A DNA stretch of 64,000 nt from Octopus sinensis (taxonomy: Eukaryota). Positions 37,015 to 50,202 of this stretch are shown here, in pieces. Where the stretch lies: the NCBI RefSeq assembly GCF_006345805.1, contig NC_042999.1, positions 1,178,001-1,242,000 of the forward strand, in the 5' to 3' direction. Every line of letters starts with the position of its first letter. The first letter of the stretch is position 1. The position numbers were made by a program, and so were the translations under genes. The notes beneath the pieces are model-generated. The model had not been told where the DNA came from, did not search any database, and saw only the letters and a program-made list of their open reading frames with translations.

Positions 37015-37484
37015 CAGTAATTTATTTATGTATTTTTTGGTATACAACCTGCCATTAACCCCTTTCTTATAAAATAGCTGAAGAATCTGGGGTGTAGGAA
37101 TTGGGACAGTATTGGAAAGTTTAACTTCTTGCTCTCTATCTTAAGATCTCCAAAATTTAAGAATCTTGTGTTAACTGGGCTCTTATTATTTACTCTGACT
37201 CTGCCACCACCTCAATGCAAAGACTATCAATATCAGAATCATCTTCACAACCACTACTGAGACATCCTAACATAATCAATGCCACTACCTCTATCATCAT
37301 CATTATCATCATCATCCACTTCCGCCACCACCACCACCACCACCACCTCTGCAAAAACACCAACACTATAATTGCTGCCATCATACACATCCACTGTCAA
37401 CACTACACCACCACCACCACTGCCATGATAACCACATCTACCACCTCCAACACCATTGCCACCACTATCTATGAGACATCCTAA
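37015..37484. repeat. Low-copy mosaic repeat, copy 2
   Basis: 37015-37255 is inverted relative to 44300-44565, and 37258-37445 is inverted relative to 31684-31860. A 13-bp direct repeat TGAGACATCCTAA lies at 37258 and 37472. Confidence 0.8.
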
Positions 37485-38274
37485 GTTAGATACTACTTTC
37501 ACTTTCTAGTTGGTCTTTGAGTCCATTTTATCTAATCTATCTCTCTAAAAGATGCAAACCAAGTAGCATTAAATGGAGAATGGATGTGAGCAGAAAGAGA
37601 GTAAGTTCCATTCCAGTTTACAACAATTATAGAATTATTCTCAAACCATAAATGAAGGGTGGAGAGGAGTGAAGGAGGAGTCATGTTTCCTCCGAGAGGT
37701 TACAGAAGTATTATTACACTGTTGTTAGAATAGCTGTGGAAAATGTAAGTTGAAATCAAATTTGATGCTAAATTCTTTTATAGTCATGTCCCCAAGTAAA
37801 TAAACATAATCAATTTGAACAGTCTGAGTAAAATAACTACTTTCTTGAATTATTAATCAGGTGTTTGGATCAACAAAATTATGAGATAAAGGTGAGAAGG
37901 TCAGTAGACTATCTATCTGCTTGTAACTATGTAGACACTTAAAATAATGAGTGAAAGCATGATATACATTACTAAGTCATACTCTCTTGCAGGCAGTCAC
38001 TATGATTTTTTTTATCTGCTTATATATATGCAATGAAGCATTGATGTTTCATTGTATATTTGGACATAACAATTAATTCTTCGTCGTCAAACTGTCCAAC
38101 CCATGCCAGCATGAAACATCGATGTTAAATGATGTTGACTACATGATGACACTTCACATTATTGAAACATTGGGAATAAGAACTAGATCATCTGATGATG
38201 TTAACACATGACAGAGTGGCTTCCTCTCCATGTAGCAAGGAAGATTTTAATTGGTATGTTTCTCCTTTTAGCAT

Positions 38275-38430
38275 TTAAACCGGCCATATCTGGCCCAAAT
38301 ATTCTACCTGTTTTATGTTCAAACCAGTCAGGCCTGGCCTCTAGAAAGTCAATCTAAAAATAAGCAATCAGATCAATTAAATCTCAAGGCTACAGGTAAT
38401 GCATGATTAATTCAAAGCAATGTGAATAAA
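38275..38430 (+). mobile_element. Partial copy of the piggyBac-like MITE
   Basis: CCTTTTAGCATTTAAACCGGCCATATC...TTCTACCTGTTTTATGTTCAAAC is shared with 41660-41881. Confidence 0.65.
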
Positions 38431-39440
38431 CAATCTGAATGTTAAGGAGTTAAGATGAAACAAGAATTGAACACTGGTTTTTAACAGTGATATCAGAGAT
38501 CTTTTAAATTGAATTACATCACTTTTAATATTAAAACAAACTACTGTAACAATGTTAAACAAAATAATTGCATTCTTATTTGAACCAAAATCCATCATTC
38601 TCAGTATCATAAATAAAGGTGCCAGTCGCACCTCAGTGCTTACATGTTTGTCTTGTCTAATAAATGGAAGATTACTGAACATAAGACACTTGGGTCACTC
38701 AGCCAAGTTTCATCTGAGCAATATATGTGAAAGTTCTGGAAATTTGTGACCTTTTTGTATTTCAAATAATGTGCAAGTCTGAGAATAATATACATTGTTG
38801 GATACAGACATACAACTAAACTTATATATTTTAGATTTTCTCAAAAAGTCTAACAATTGCTGACTAATATAACTAGCTTCTCTATTACTGCCTGTGTCTC
38901 TTCTCTCTTTTTGTTATTCTATCTACAGATAGGTTTGTATGTATAGTTCTTATATATACACATTCATACATTACCTCTTTTACTTGTTTCAGTTATTGAA
39001 CTGTGGCACCACCTTGAAAGGTTTAGTGAAACTAATTGCGCCCACTACATATTTTTAAGTTTGTTATTTATCAGTGTCGTTTGCTAAACTGTGAAGTTGC
39101 AAGGACATAAACAAAACAACACCAATTGTTAATTTGGGATAGGGACAAACACAAAGTCATTGTCTATGATGCTACTGGATCAACTAAAATATGTTACCCC
39201 CTACTATATTATTGAATAGTTTTTCTCCTATTTGTTATACTAACTACACCCTCACACACACAAATACATTTTTTGTAAGGTGGTTGGTGTTAAATCCAGA
39301 CACAGAAACTTATGTTGCAAAGAGAAAGTATGAACAAAATGTAGTCCTGCAACTCAGTTGGGATTGGAGGTGGAGGTACTGGCTCAGTTCTGCCCAACTA
39401 ATGCCAGCATAGAAAAGTGATGATAATGCGGATCATGAAT

Positions 39441-39832
39441 ATCATCACCATCGTTTAATGTCCGTTTTCCATGCTAGCATGGGTTGGACGGTTCAACCGG
39501 GATCTGGGAAGCCAGAAGGCTGCACCAGGCTCCAGTCTGATCTGGCAGTGTTTCTACAGCTGGATGCCCTTCATAATGCCAACCACTCCGTGAGTGTAGT
39601 GGGTACTTTTTACGTGCCACTGGCACAGGTGCCAGGTGAGGCTGGCAATGGCCACGATTGGATTGGTGGTTTTTACATGCCACCAGCATGGAAGCCAGTG
39701 AAGGCGGCGCTGGCATTGGCCACATCTGGACGGTGCTTTTGACATGCCACCGGCACAGGGATCACAACTACAATTTCCATTGATTTTTGATGTTGATGTA
39801 CTTGACTCAATAGGTTTCCTCAAGCACAGGGT
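39441..39832 (-). mobile_element. 5'-truncated RTE 3'-UTR copy
   Basis: Near-identical reverse complement of ~36490-36830. Confidence 0.85.
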
Positions 39833-40051
39833 CGAATATATATTTTTAAATATTTTTTTGCAAACAACATGCAGATGCAAGTGTTACCTGTTGAAAGCCT
39901 GCATACCAGATGCTAGCAAGTTTATGGGGCCATTAGGAGAGAATACCTGCCATTTCGGGACCTATCTCTTGACAGCATCATTGTGCACCCCTCACTGAAA
40001 TGAGACCCTGCTTGCTAGATCAACTGGTCATCAGGTTTCACTCAATATTCT

Positions 40052-40335
40052 TCTAGCCATTGCTCATTGTTGCTTTCTAACCAAATCCAGTGGTTTGCCT
40101 TTTCCAGTGTAGTTTGGATATTACTCCTAGTGGTATTTGCTTTGCGATGAATTAAGTCAATGATGGCAATAGTCACTTCACACTGAGTCCAACAAACCAT
40201 CTACATCCAACTTTGATTGAAAAATGCTCTGCTTTCCAGCCTGTGTCTTCACATTCCTCTAGGAGGTTTTCATAACAGCCAATCTTTTGAGCTCGAGCGG
40301 CATCCATGTTATCTTCATGAGGAACTCAACTAGAT
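40052..40335 (-). pseudogene. Restriction-like endonuclease fragment of an R2-superfamily (HERO/NeSL-like) non-LTR element
   Basis: PHEDNMDAARAQKIGCYENLLEECEDTGWKAEHFSIKVGCRWFVG followed by LEKANHWIWL. Confidence 0.65.
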
Positions 40336-40364
40336 TTACCATTTTCTTTCTTTTACGCCATACT

Positions 40365-40399
<35 letters not shown>

Positions 40400-40746
40400 T
40401 GATCATCATCATCATCACTTTTTGGTCCTGGCATCTGTTTGGCAAGACTGAGTTAGTTCTTATTGACATTTACTTCCCCATTCTACCTACCCCAACTATA
40501 TTTTGGAGTTGACTACTTCAAGTTTCTTATTTCTTTGCATCCATCAATTAATGATAATATAGTATATCTTGTATATAATATAACATATACATATATCAAA
40601 ACAGGAGATAAGAAAAAATTTTTGGTATTATTTATTCACCATTACACATGTTTCATTTACTAATAGGGGTTACAAAATTGTATTTAACAGAGAAACATGT
40701 AAGATATCTTCTGTTAGAAAGTCTTCAGACAGAAAATTAGAGAGTA

Positions 40747-42210
40747 TTATCATGCTGAGTAAAAAGTAAGCAACGTTTTGAAACATGAAATTCATCACAA
40801 TATATTTCAGCAATGTGGAAATTTTATTCATCAAAGTAAGTACCATTACAATCAACACATTTGTGCCAATGAGTTACAAGTTTGTTTATTCTGGTAACAT
40901 AAAAATCTGGAGTTCTGGAGCTGATGAACTCCTTGAACACAGTTTCAGCATCAGTTTGATTTTTGAACTCCTTCTCTTTCAGGAAACCATCAAGGTGCTT
41001 GAAAAAGTGGTAGTCGGTAGGAGAAAGGTCTGGGGAATAAGCTGGGTGGGGAAGAAATTCATAGCCAAGCTCCTTCAACTTTTGGAGCATCATTAGTGGA
41101 ATTTATGGTCGAGCATTGTTATGAAGAATGATTGGCCCTCTTCTGTTGACCAGTCTGGGACAGAGGATTAGCGGTTTTTCTTTCATTTTGGCAATTTCAT
41201 GACAATATGTTTCTGCAGTAATGTTTTTTCCAGATTTCAAAAAGTTATAATGGATGATTCCAAAAGTACACCACCAAGCAGTCACCATAACCTTCTTTTT
41301 GAAGAGCTTGGGTTTAGGGAAGGTTTTTGGTGCTTCATTTTGCTCCAACCACTGCAAAGAACGTTTTTTATTGTACAGAATCCACTTTTCATTGCAAGTT
41401 ACAATATGGTCAAGAAATGGATTGGTCTGGTTGCGGAGAAGAAGCAATAAGCATTTTCTGATTTTCATTCAAATTTGTCGAGCTTTTTTGATTTTCTGAT
41501 TGCATGAAAATGGTTGCAGGCAGTTTTCTGACTAACTTGAAGTTCTTTTGCCAGTTCTCAAGTGGTTTTATATGGATCTTTCTCAATGACAGTCTCTACT
41601 TGACTGTCATCGATGACAGATGGGCGTCCATAATGCTCACAATCTGTAAAATCATTTAACCCTTTAGCATTTAAACCGGCCATATCCGGCCAAAAATATT
41701 CTACCTGTTTTATGTTCAAACTAGCCATATCTGGTCTCTCACACCAACCCTACAATATTGTTTAAAAAAATTAACAGCTACCTCATCAAAATCTCAAAGC
41801 TACAAGATAATGCATGATTAGTTCAAAACAATGTTGATAAAAAAGGATTAATTTTGGCAGAATAATGCAAACACTAAAGGGTTAAACCATTTTCAAGCTG
41901 ACCTCAAACTGGTCATTTCCCCACCAAATGTTTCATTGATATCATGAACAGTTTTAGCTGCTTTACATCCTTTTTTGAAGTTGAATTGCAAAACTGCTCA
42001 AATATCGCACTTTCACAGTTCCCTTTCAGATGATTGTAAGAATGGGGAAAAAAAAATATAAATTAATTTATTGATGCATTTGGGTAAGTTTATATCTGTA
42101 TTATCAGACAACTGCAAAAAAATGTTTAACAAAAATTCAAAACCCTGCAAAAATCTGGTACAAATTCTTCATGGTTCAAAACGTTGCTTATTTTTTATTC
42201 AATCTGATAA
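40747..42210 (-). mobile_element. Degenerate mariner transposon with both TIRs
   Basis: TIRs TTATCATGCTGAGTAAAAAGTAAGCAACGTTTTGAA / TTCAAAACGTTGCTTATTTTTTATTCAATCTGATAA. Motifs IVTCNEKW, HNNARP and HPAYSPDLSPTDYHFF. Confidence 0.88.
41660..41881. mobile_element. piggyBac-like MITE nested in the mariner
   Basis: CCCTTTAG...CTAAAGGG flanked by TTAA on both sides. Confidence 0.8.
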
Positions 42211-43068
42211 TTGATTTGCTGTCTGAGGAGTTTTTAATAAGAGATATTTTATCATTTTCTCTTACATGTATAATATTCTAACTCGTACTAGCAAATGAAA
42301 CATGTGCAATGGTGAATAAATAATACTAAAAATATTTTCCACTCTACTGTTTTGATGCGTAATTACTCTGCAAATATTATTTTCCAATATTTTTCTACTC
42401 TTATACATACCTCACACAATTATAACATCTACATACAATATTGGCATACTGGAATATACAGGTGTGCTTCACGAGGACACGGCTTCGATTACAACCCTAT
42501 CTACATACTATATATGTGTTTATATATATATATATATGCACGCATACATATGTACAGAAAGACTGATATAAAGGCACAGGCACATAGTTCCCTTCTTAAA
42601 CATATGGTTTTGAGTTCAGTCCCAGTGCATGGCAACTTCGCCAAGTATCAATTATGATAGCCAAGATTGACCAAATCCTTGTGAGTGAATTTGATAGATG
42701 GAACCTGTAATAAATCTATCTATATAATATGTGTGTATATCTGTTTATGTTTGTGCTCTATAAAAGTTGCAAGCTACAAGGTTTGCTGTTGTCATTTCTC
42801 TGGTTGACAAATTGTCTGCTTACTTCAAGCCTTTCAAGACATGTGTAATTAAGAGATTCCTTATTTAAAACACAGTCAAGTGTTAATGACAGGAAAGGCA
42901 TCTGGTTGTGAAAGAATACTTCAATCATTTTTTCATTTAAAACATACTTGACTCGAAAAACATGTAAATCAAACAAAACATATTCAAATACATACATGTA
43001 TTTGATGATATTTATATGTATATATACATATGATATATGTATATATGATTGAAATATATATGTGTGTG

Positions 43069-43099
<31 letters not shown>

Positions 43100-44299
43100 A
43101 ATTATTTTCTTGTTAATTAATGATTCCTATCAATATAAGTATTCCCCCACTACATGTCTACTATTACATGTCTTAAAAAAGAAACAAAAATCTCATTGTT
43201 TTGGGCGAATGATTCAACAATTATGAAACCAAAGATTTTTTACTGTTGTCTCTGAAGGCAGCTGTGCACCTCACCAACCCCCCACCCATCCCACTTTACA
43301 TGACACATTCACTTGCATTCTTTTATTTATTCTGATCTCCCACCCAAAGAATATTCATCCTAATAATTTCCATGACTTTTGTTTCGGGTGAACTTCTACT
43401 TAGAAGGAAATTCCATTTATGCATGTATGCATACAATTACACCGAGAAAAGTCATTTAACATTGTCTTTACATTTGGATGTTTATCATTAAAAAATGTTT
43501 TGAAACCTAGAATTGTTTCTTCTTTTATTAATTTCAGTCAGTGTGCTATGGCCATGCTCAGGCACTGTCTTTGGGTGTCTTTCATTGATCCTATCAATAT
43601 TAGAGATAATTTCAAACATAGGGCAGCGTCCCATTTTAACGATGCCTGTTCATTGAAAGTAACCTTTGATAGCCTAGTATACTAGAGCAGTAAACATGTA
43701 AATGAACACACACACATACACACAAACACATCTTGCGGGCTTCTTCATAGAATCCTTCTCCCAATTTGACTCACATGACATTGATCAACCTAAGACTACA
43801 GTAAAAGACAACCCAGAAACCCATGGGTGTGAAGCAAATCTTTCAACCACAGCCCCCTTTATCCAGCCAAATTGTTCAAATAAAACATAGGAAAAAAAAT
43901 CCTAACACCCACTACTATTCCTGTGAATTAGTAAGCTGTAAACTATATCAAACTGAGCCCACATCATCATCTTTAACATGTCTCACAGCTAGAACCCTTT
44001 TACTAAATATTTTAGCCAATCATTTATCTCCAGAATGGCAGCTTCTACATGGAATCACATTCTCATCAGACATTAATTTACACAAGTTCAAAAAAAGACA
44101 TCATCTACATTCACATTAACAGTTTAGGAAAGCCTACAGATGTTCTCTTGCTCGCACTTTATATTAATACAAATAAGAATTTTTAACAAAGGTACATAGC
44201 CAAAAATTTTATAGGAGGAAATAATGTCAACTATATTGACCCACCCCTGGTCTTGAGGTTGGGGTGGTGGCATTGGAGGTTGTAGTAATGGTTGTAGTG

Positions 44300-44721
44300 G
44301 TAGTTGTGAAGATGATTCTGATATTGATAGTCTTTGCATTGAGGTGGTGGCAGAGTCAGAGTAAATAATAAGAGCCCAGTTAACACAAGATTCTTAAATT
44401 TCAGAGATCATAAGATAGAGAGCAAGAAGTTAAAAGTTCCAATACTGTCCCAATTCCTACACCCCAGATTCTTCAAATATTTTATAAGAAAGGGGTTAAT
44501 GGCAGGATAGGGATTCAGCTTAAAAATAAATTGTATAACAAAAAATACATAAATAAATTACTGCTCCAACGATGTAATTTTAGTATGTGTGTATGTATGT
44601 ATGTGTGTGTGTGTATGTATGTATGTATGGATCAAAACAGTTTGATTCAAATTCTGTGGTACTTATATATTCATACATACATATACATGTAGATGTATAT
44701 AACATATATATATATTGTATG
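44300..44721. repeat. Low-copy mosaic repeat, copy 3 (left part; continues at 47126-47385)
   Basis: Shares segments with 37015-37255 (inverted) and 31880-31985 (direct). Confidence 0.75.
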
Positions 44722-47125
44722 ATTGATTGATTGATTGATTGATTCTAGTTTCAGCTTATGAGCTGTGGCCATGCTGGGGCACCGCCATTTGGTGTTGCTA
44801 CTTGGTTTCACTTCATGGAGGCTTTCTAGCAACTGCTATTTGGTGCATGAGAGAGTTCGATGCAGCTGCCCTCATCTGCCCCTCCTGCCGTGAAGTTGGT
44901 TCATCTGGGACACCTGACAGGAAGAGATCCAGCTTCATTTTAAAGACATCTGTATCCACCCCATGCAGGTCTCTCAGGTTCTTCGGGAGGATATTGAAGA
45001 GCTGTGGGCCTCGGAAGCCCAGGCTATCACAGAATCTTGTCCTACATCTTGATGGCAGGTTTGGAGTCCTAGGCACCACACAGTGGCGCCCAGTTCTGGC
45101 ATTTGCGTAACTCTCGATGCCAAAGTTCAGGACACTTCCCTCCAGGATCTTCCAGATGTATATTATGGCATATCTTTCCCGCCTACGCTCCAGGGAATAT
45201 AATTTTAATCTCTTGAGTCTTTCCCAGTAGCTTACATTCTGCATAGAGGCTATCTTCTTTGTGTAGCTTCGTTGGATCGCCTCAAGTTCTGTGATCAACT
45301 TGACACTGGATGGTGACCATAGCTGAGAGCAATAGTCAAAGTGGCTTAGGACAAGTGTCTTCCAGAGGACCATCATGGTTTCTTGTTCTCTTGTTCTAAA
45401 GGTTCTAAGAATCCATCCAGCCAGCCGTCTACATTTCATTGTCAGTTTAGCAACATGTACATGAAAGGTCGCGTCATCACTCATGTGAATACCCAGGTCA
45501 CGCACTGATTGTGCCTCTGGGATTGCAATCCCTCCGGGTCCAGTGTATTCATTGGGTATTGCATTCAGTTTTGCATGCTGATAGTATAAAGCTTGAAACT
45601 TTCCAGCATTGAACTGCATGCTATTCTTTTCAGCCCACTTGTATATTTCGTCCAGCTCACATTGCAGGTGTTTAGTGTCCTCAGGGTTCTGTATTGCCTG
45701 TGAAACTTTTGTATCATCTGCATAACTTGTGATCGTGGCTCTCTGCATGGCTGAGGGCATGTCTGAGAGGGCCATTATGAACAGTAGTGGTCCCAGAACA
45801 GTGCCCTGCGGAACACCGCTCACTATTTGTGTGTTAATGGAGGTGGCCCCATTGGCTACTACCACCTGACTTCTATCCTTCAGAAAGTCATGAAGCCATT
45901 CTCCCAGTTTTCCAACTATGTTGAGATCACGCAGTTTGTGACATATCATTCCATGATCGACTTTATCAAAGGCCTTTGCAAAGTCGAGATATATCACTTC
46001 CACATTTGAGTGGTTGAGCAGCCGTTTCAGCACCCAGTCATAGTGTTGTAGGAGCTGAGTTAAACAGCTTCTCCCTGGTCGGAAACCATGTTGGGTGTCG
46101 GGCAGCAAGTCATTCTCTTCAAGGAAGGTGATCAGCTTCCTTCTGACTATTCGTTCCATGACCTTGCTGATGTGTGAGGTCAGAGAGATAGGTCTATAGT
46201 TCTTGGCTTCCGCTCTGCTACCTCCTTTATGAATGGGGCATATTTTACCTTCCTTCAGTTTTCCTGGAAGTTTGCCAGCTGCAAGGAAGCTCTGAAAGAG
46301 GAACTGCAGTGGTCTTGCTAGGACTCTCTTACATGCTTTTAGGAGGATTGCCGGGAATCCATCGGGGCCAGTAGCTGAGTCTGTTTTCATTTCATCTATA
46401 GCCTTGGTTACATCGTCTTCCTTTATATCGATGTAATCTATCGTCGCCGCCTCTGATTTTATATTTGCAGTGGTAAAAAAGTCAGTTGGATTGGTGATTT
46501 GGAGATGCCCAAGGGGTGGAGTGAAAACACTCTTGAATTGCTCATTCAGTATTTCACTTACCCTCATTGGTTTTCCTGTAAGTGTGCCATCCTTTTCGAG
46601 GAGTGGCCCTATTCTACAGTGCACTGTAGCTGTTTCTTTGGCATACCTGTAGAAAGCTCTGGGGTTAGATTTTATGTTTTCTATAGCCCAGGCTTCTTTG
46701 TCTGCTCTTTCTTTTTCATGGGAGCGTTGCAGACATTTTTCGATTTCCAACAGTTTTATTTTCAGGCGGGACTTTTCACTGCTTTCAATCTGTTTGTTTA
46801 GGCGATTTGAAAATTTCGTACGCCGTCTCATTAAAATTTTCCTCTCTCTGGGGATTTTGTTCTTGTGTACAGTGGCCTTTCTCTCTGGGACACATTTGTA
46901 GCATGTGGCTTGCATTACAGACATGAATTGTTGAAGTTTCACGTCGATGTCTGGCGAGGAGAGACATTTAGGCCAGTTTTGTTTGAGGATCTCTTTCTCA
47001 ATTTGTTTCCAGTTTGCCTTATGGTAGTTCAAGCTGGAAAGATTTTGAGGGTTTCTTGTAGGCTGCATGTCCGTGCTCTCTTTTGGCCCGTACATGGTCA
47101 GCTCTATCATGTTGTGATCCGAGAG
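44722..47125 (-). mobile_element. 5'-truncated CR1-group LINE with (AATC)n tail
   Basis: Begins at the APE-terminal SDH motif. Intact RT region; (GATT)6 at the left end; no clear TSD against the empty site at ~31984. Confidence 0.9.
44813..47110 (-). CDS. CR1-group reverse transcriptase ORF (765 aa, uninterrupted, N-terminally truncated)
   Basis: NYRPISLTS, QHGFRPGRSC, YLDFAKAFDKVDH, GVPQGTVLGP, YADD, RDLGI. Confidence 0.85.
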   Translation of the reverse strand: MIELTMYGPKESTDMQPTRNPQNLSSLNYHKANWKQIEKEILKQNWPKCLSSPDIDVKLQQFMSVMQATCYKCVPERKATVHKNKIPRERKILMRRRTKFSNRLNKQIESSEKSRLKIKLLEIEKCLQRSHEKERADKEAWAIENIKSNPRAFYRYAKETATVHCRIGPLLEKDGTLTGKPMRVSEILNEQFKSVFTPPLGHLQITNPTDFFTTANIKSEAATIDYIDIKEDDVTKAIDEMKTDSATGPDGFPAILLKACKRVLARPLQFLFQSFLAAGKLPGKLKEGKICPIHKGGSRAEAKNYRPISLTSHISKVMERIVRRKLITFLEENDLLPDTQHGFRPGRSCLTQLLQHYDWVLKRLLNHSNVEVIYLDFAKAFDKVDHGMICHKLRDLNIVGKLGEWLHDFLKDRSQVVVANGATSINTQIVSGVPQGTVLGPLLFIMALSDMPSAMQRATITSYADDTKVSQAIQNPEDTKHLQCELDEIYKWAEKNSMQFNAGKFQALYYQHAKLNAIPNEYTGPGGIAIPEAQSVRDLGIHMSDDATFHVHVAKLTMKCRRLAGWILRTFRTREQETMMVLWKTLVLSHFDYCSQLWSPSSVKLITELEAIQRSYTKKIASMQNVSYWERLKRLKLYSLERRRERYAIIYIWKILEGSVLNFGIESYANARTGRHCVVPRTPNLPSRCRTRFCDSLGFRGPQLFNILPKNLRDLHGVDTDVFKMKLDLFLSGVPDEPTSRQEGQMRAAASNSLMHQIAVARKPP

Positions 47126-47986
47126 TAAACATCTTTTATAAATATATATAATTCATGCATCTATAATACACACACATTATAAATATATACACATATATGC
47201 ATATGCATTAGAATATGTGTGTATAGGTGTATATATATATATATATGCATATGTTTGTATACATGTGTGTGTGTGTGTATAAAAATAAATATAAGCATAA
47301 CCAAGGCAAACAATGGAAAATAATTTAAACACTCATTTTATATATACTCAGGATCTACACAAATGTTATATATACTCCACGAAGTTCAAAAGGTAAAAAT
47401 CCGGTATTTTAAATTTTTGTTGCATTTCTAATCTTTCTGATGTCTAAGGATGGATATTTATGCGTATGAATCTTTTTCTTTTTATTTTGTTTCAAATATA
47501 ATTCTAGGGAACTGAAAAACTGCGTACGATTACGATGAGCCAAGCCAATGTTTACATTTTGACAAATTGCTTTCCACGTCACAGATAACACTACGCAGAT
47601 AATAAGTTCACATAAATACAGACAATATGATTGGCTAAAATTCGCAGTTTTAATCTACGATTAAAGTCATAAAATAGATTTTTCTCAAATAAACTAGTTT
47701 CAACTGGTGTCTTGTTTTGAGACAATCTATGAGTACACGAAGTTTCAAATTATTTAGTTAACTAGAAAGATCTGGGGTCCTGGCCACGATATTGAAAAGA
47801 TCCAAATATTATTTAGAAATTTTTATCAACGTTGCCGAGCGTGTAGAAAAACTAGTCAATAGACTATATATTATTCATTATATATACAGTGTACATTTAA
47901 ATACATAAGCGATGGCCATAAACGGACATCTAACCAGCATGTTCTGTATTGCCTTGGGCTTATATGTTAATCTTTGGCTATCCTGC

Positions 47987-48500
47987 TGAGAGAGCTGGTA
48001 GAATCGTTAGCACGCCGGACGAAATACTGAGTTCAGATTCCACCGAGGTCGACTTTGCCTTTCATCCTTTCGGGGTCGATTAAATAAGTACCAGTTACGC
48101 ATCGGGGTCGATCTAATCGACTTAATCCGTTTGCCTGTCCTTGTTTGTCCCCTCTGTATGTAGCCCCTTGTGCGCAGTAAAGAAATAGGTTTATACTCTG
48201 AGTTCAAATTCCGCCGACTTTACCTTTCATCCTTCCAAGGTCGATAACATAATCCACCGTTGAAATACTGGGGTCGATGTAATCGATTTATTACCTCCAC
48301 GGCACTTGCTTATAAAAGCCAGTATATCTTGAGATATAAAGGACGGTGAACTGGAAAAATCGTTTGTACAAACGGACAAAATGCTTAGAAGAATTCGTCC
48401 GTCTTTACGCTCTGATTCCAAATTCCGCCGAGTTCGATTTTGCTTTATTCATTTGAGATCGATAAAATAACTATAAAATAACTACCAGTTGAGCACCTCC
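47987..48500 (+). mobile_element. Cluster of degenerate Tx1-tail SINE units
   Basis: One unit with an internal deletion ending AAAGAAATA at ~48188, followed by further partial units. Confidence 0.75.
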
Positions 48501-48949
48501 CCTGAAACTGCTAGCCTTCTGTATAAATCTGAGAATAGTATCAAAGACATTCTTCCCTTACAATTCAATATTCCACACTACATTGCCTAGACACAATTAA
48601 ATATCGAGTATGCCATGGAAATGTAGTTGCGCATGCGCAGACGGCAAATTTCGCGGAGCAGCTAAGAATTCCAATTTCGATCCAAATAAAGTTTTAATGA
48701 GAGGTTTTAAGTATGTAACGAATGAAGTTGATGTCTAACATTATATTGGCGGACAGCAGCTTCTAGCTTATTGCTAATAAGCATTTCCCACTTGGTCCAC
48801 CACTTGAATTTAACGTCATTAAGATATTACCGCCATATTGAGCTCTGTCAGGCTGATATGTGATGAATCTACAAGCTGACAGCCAAACAGCCAGGCAACC
48901 AGCCCGCTCGTCCGCACGACAGGATGTCGCTTATATTATAGATTAATAT

Positions 48950-48991
48950 ACATACATACATGCATGGATGCACACAAACAGATAGGTAAAC

Positions 48992-49070
<79 letters not shown>

Positions 49071-49324
49071 TAGATAGATAGACAGATAGATATAGATAGA
49101 TAGATAGATAGATAAATATATAGATATATATATATATAGATAGATAGATAGATACACACACACACACACCACATATATATATATAAATATACGTATATAT
49201 ATATATATATATATATATGCATGTATGTATATGTATATCTGTGTGTGTGCATATATAAATATATGCATATATACCCAATACATATTTTATATATACACAC
49301 ACACACACATATATATACATATAC

Positions 49325-49385
<61 letters not shown>

Positions 49386-49644
49386 AGAGAGAGAGATACA
49401 TACGTATATCATATATGTATGTACGTGTGTGTATATTTGTTTTGTACGCATGCATGCGTCTGTGTTTGCGAATATATGTTGTGCGTGTCTGTATACGCAC
49501 ATGTGTGTTATTGTGAACATCTGTATATATATATATATATTGGTGTATGTGTGTGTGTGTGTTTGTGTGTGTATGCTAGAGTGCCATCGTGCGTCTATGT
49601 GTATATGCGTGTTTGTGCAAGTGCAAGTGTAACTCTGTGTGTGT

Positions 49645-49698
<54 letters not shown>

Positions 49699-49705
49699 AT
49701 GCGTG
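48950..49705. repeat. Compound microsatellite: (GATA)n, (CA)n, (TA)n, (GA)n, (GT)n
   Basis: Read directly from the sequence. Confidence 0.95.
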
Positions 49706-50202
49706 CGTGTAATTTCATTTAAGCACCAATTAAATCAGACACTTATTCTTATACATACCGATATAATGTATTCACATTTGCAGATGTGAGTGCGTGCAAT
49801 TCATCTGTGCATTTAATGATATTCTTGAATCATGAAGCATGAAGATATTTATTGGTGAAGAAGTACATTCTGATGTTAATAAGAGGGGAATGAATTCATA
49901 TTCAAATTCATACTCATTACTTAAAAAAATATATTTTATCAACATTTTTATCTTGCATTACTTGTGTCTCTTTTATAAATATTTCATTCACCAAATCGTA
50001 TCGTTACCACTGAGATATTATAGAAAAACCATGATTTTGTTTCTTCTAAATTGCTCGGCTGTAGTCTGATCACAACTTTATGTGAATTCGTGTGTTAAAG
50101 CATATTTTATTGTCTGGGGAGATTCATTCTCTTTTAGTGCCTTATTATTTAACACACGCACCGGTTCGATTTCCACTCCTTTACTTACCCTTCTGTACTT
50201 TT

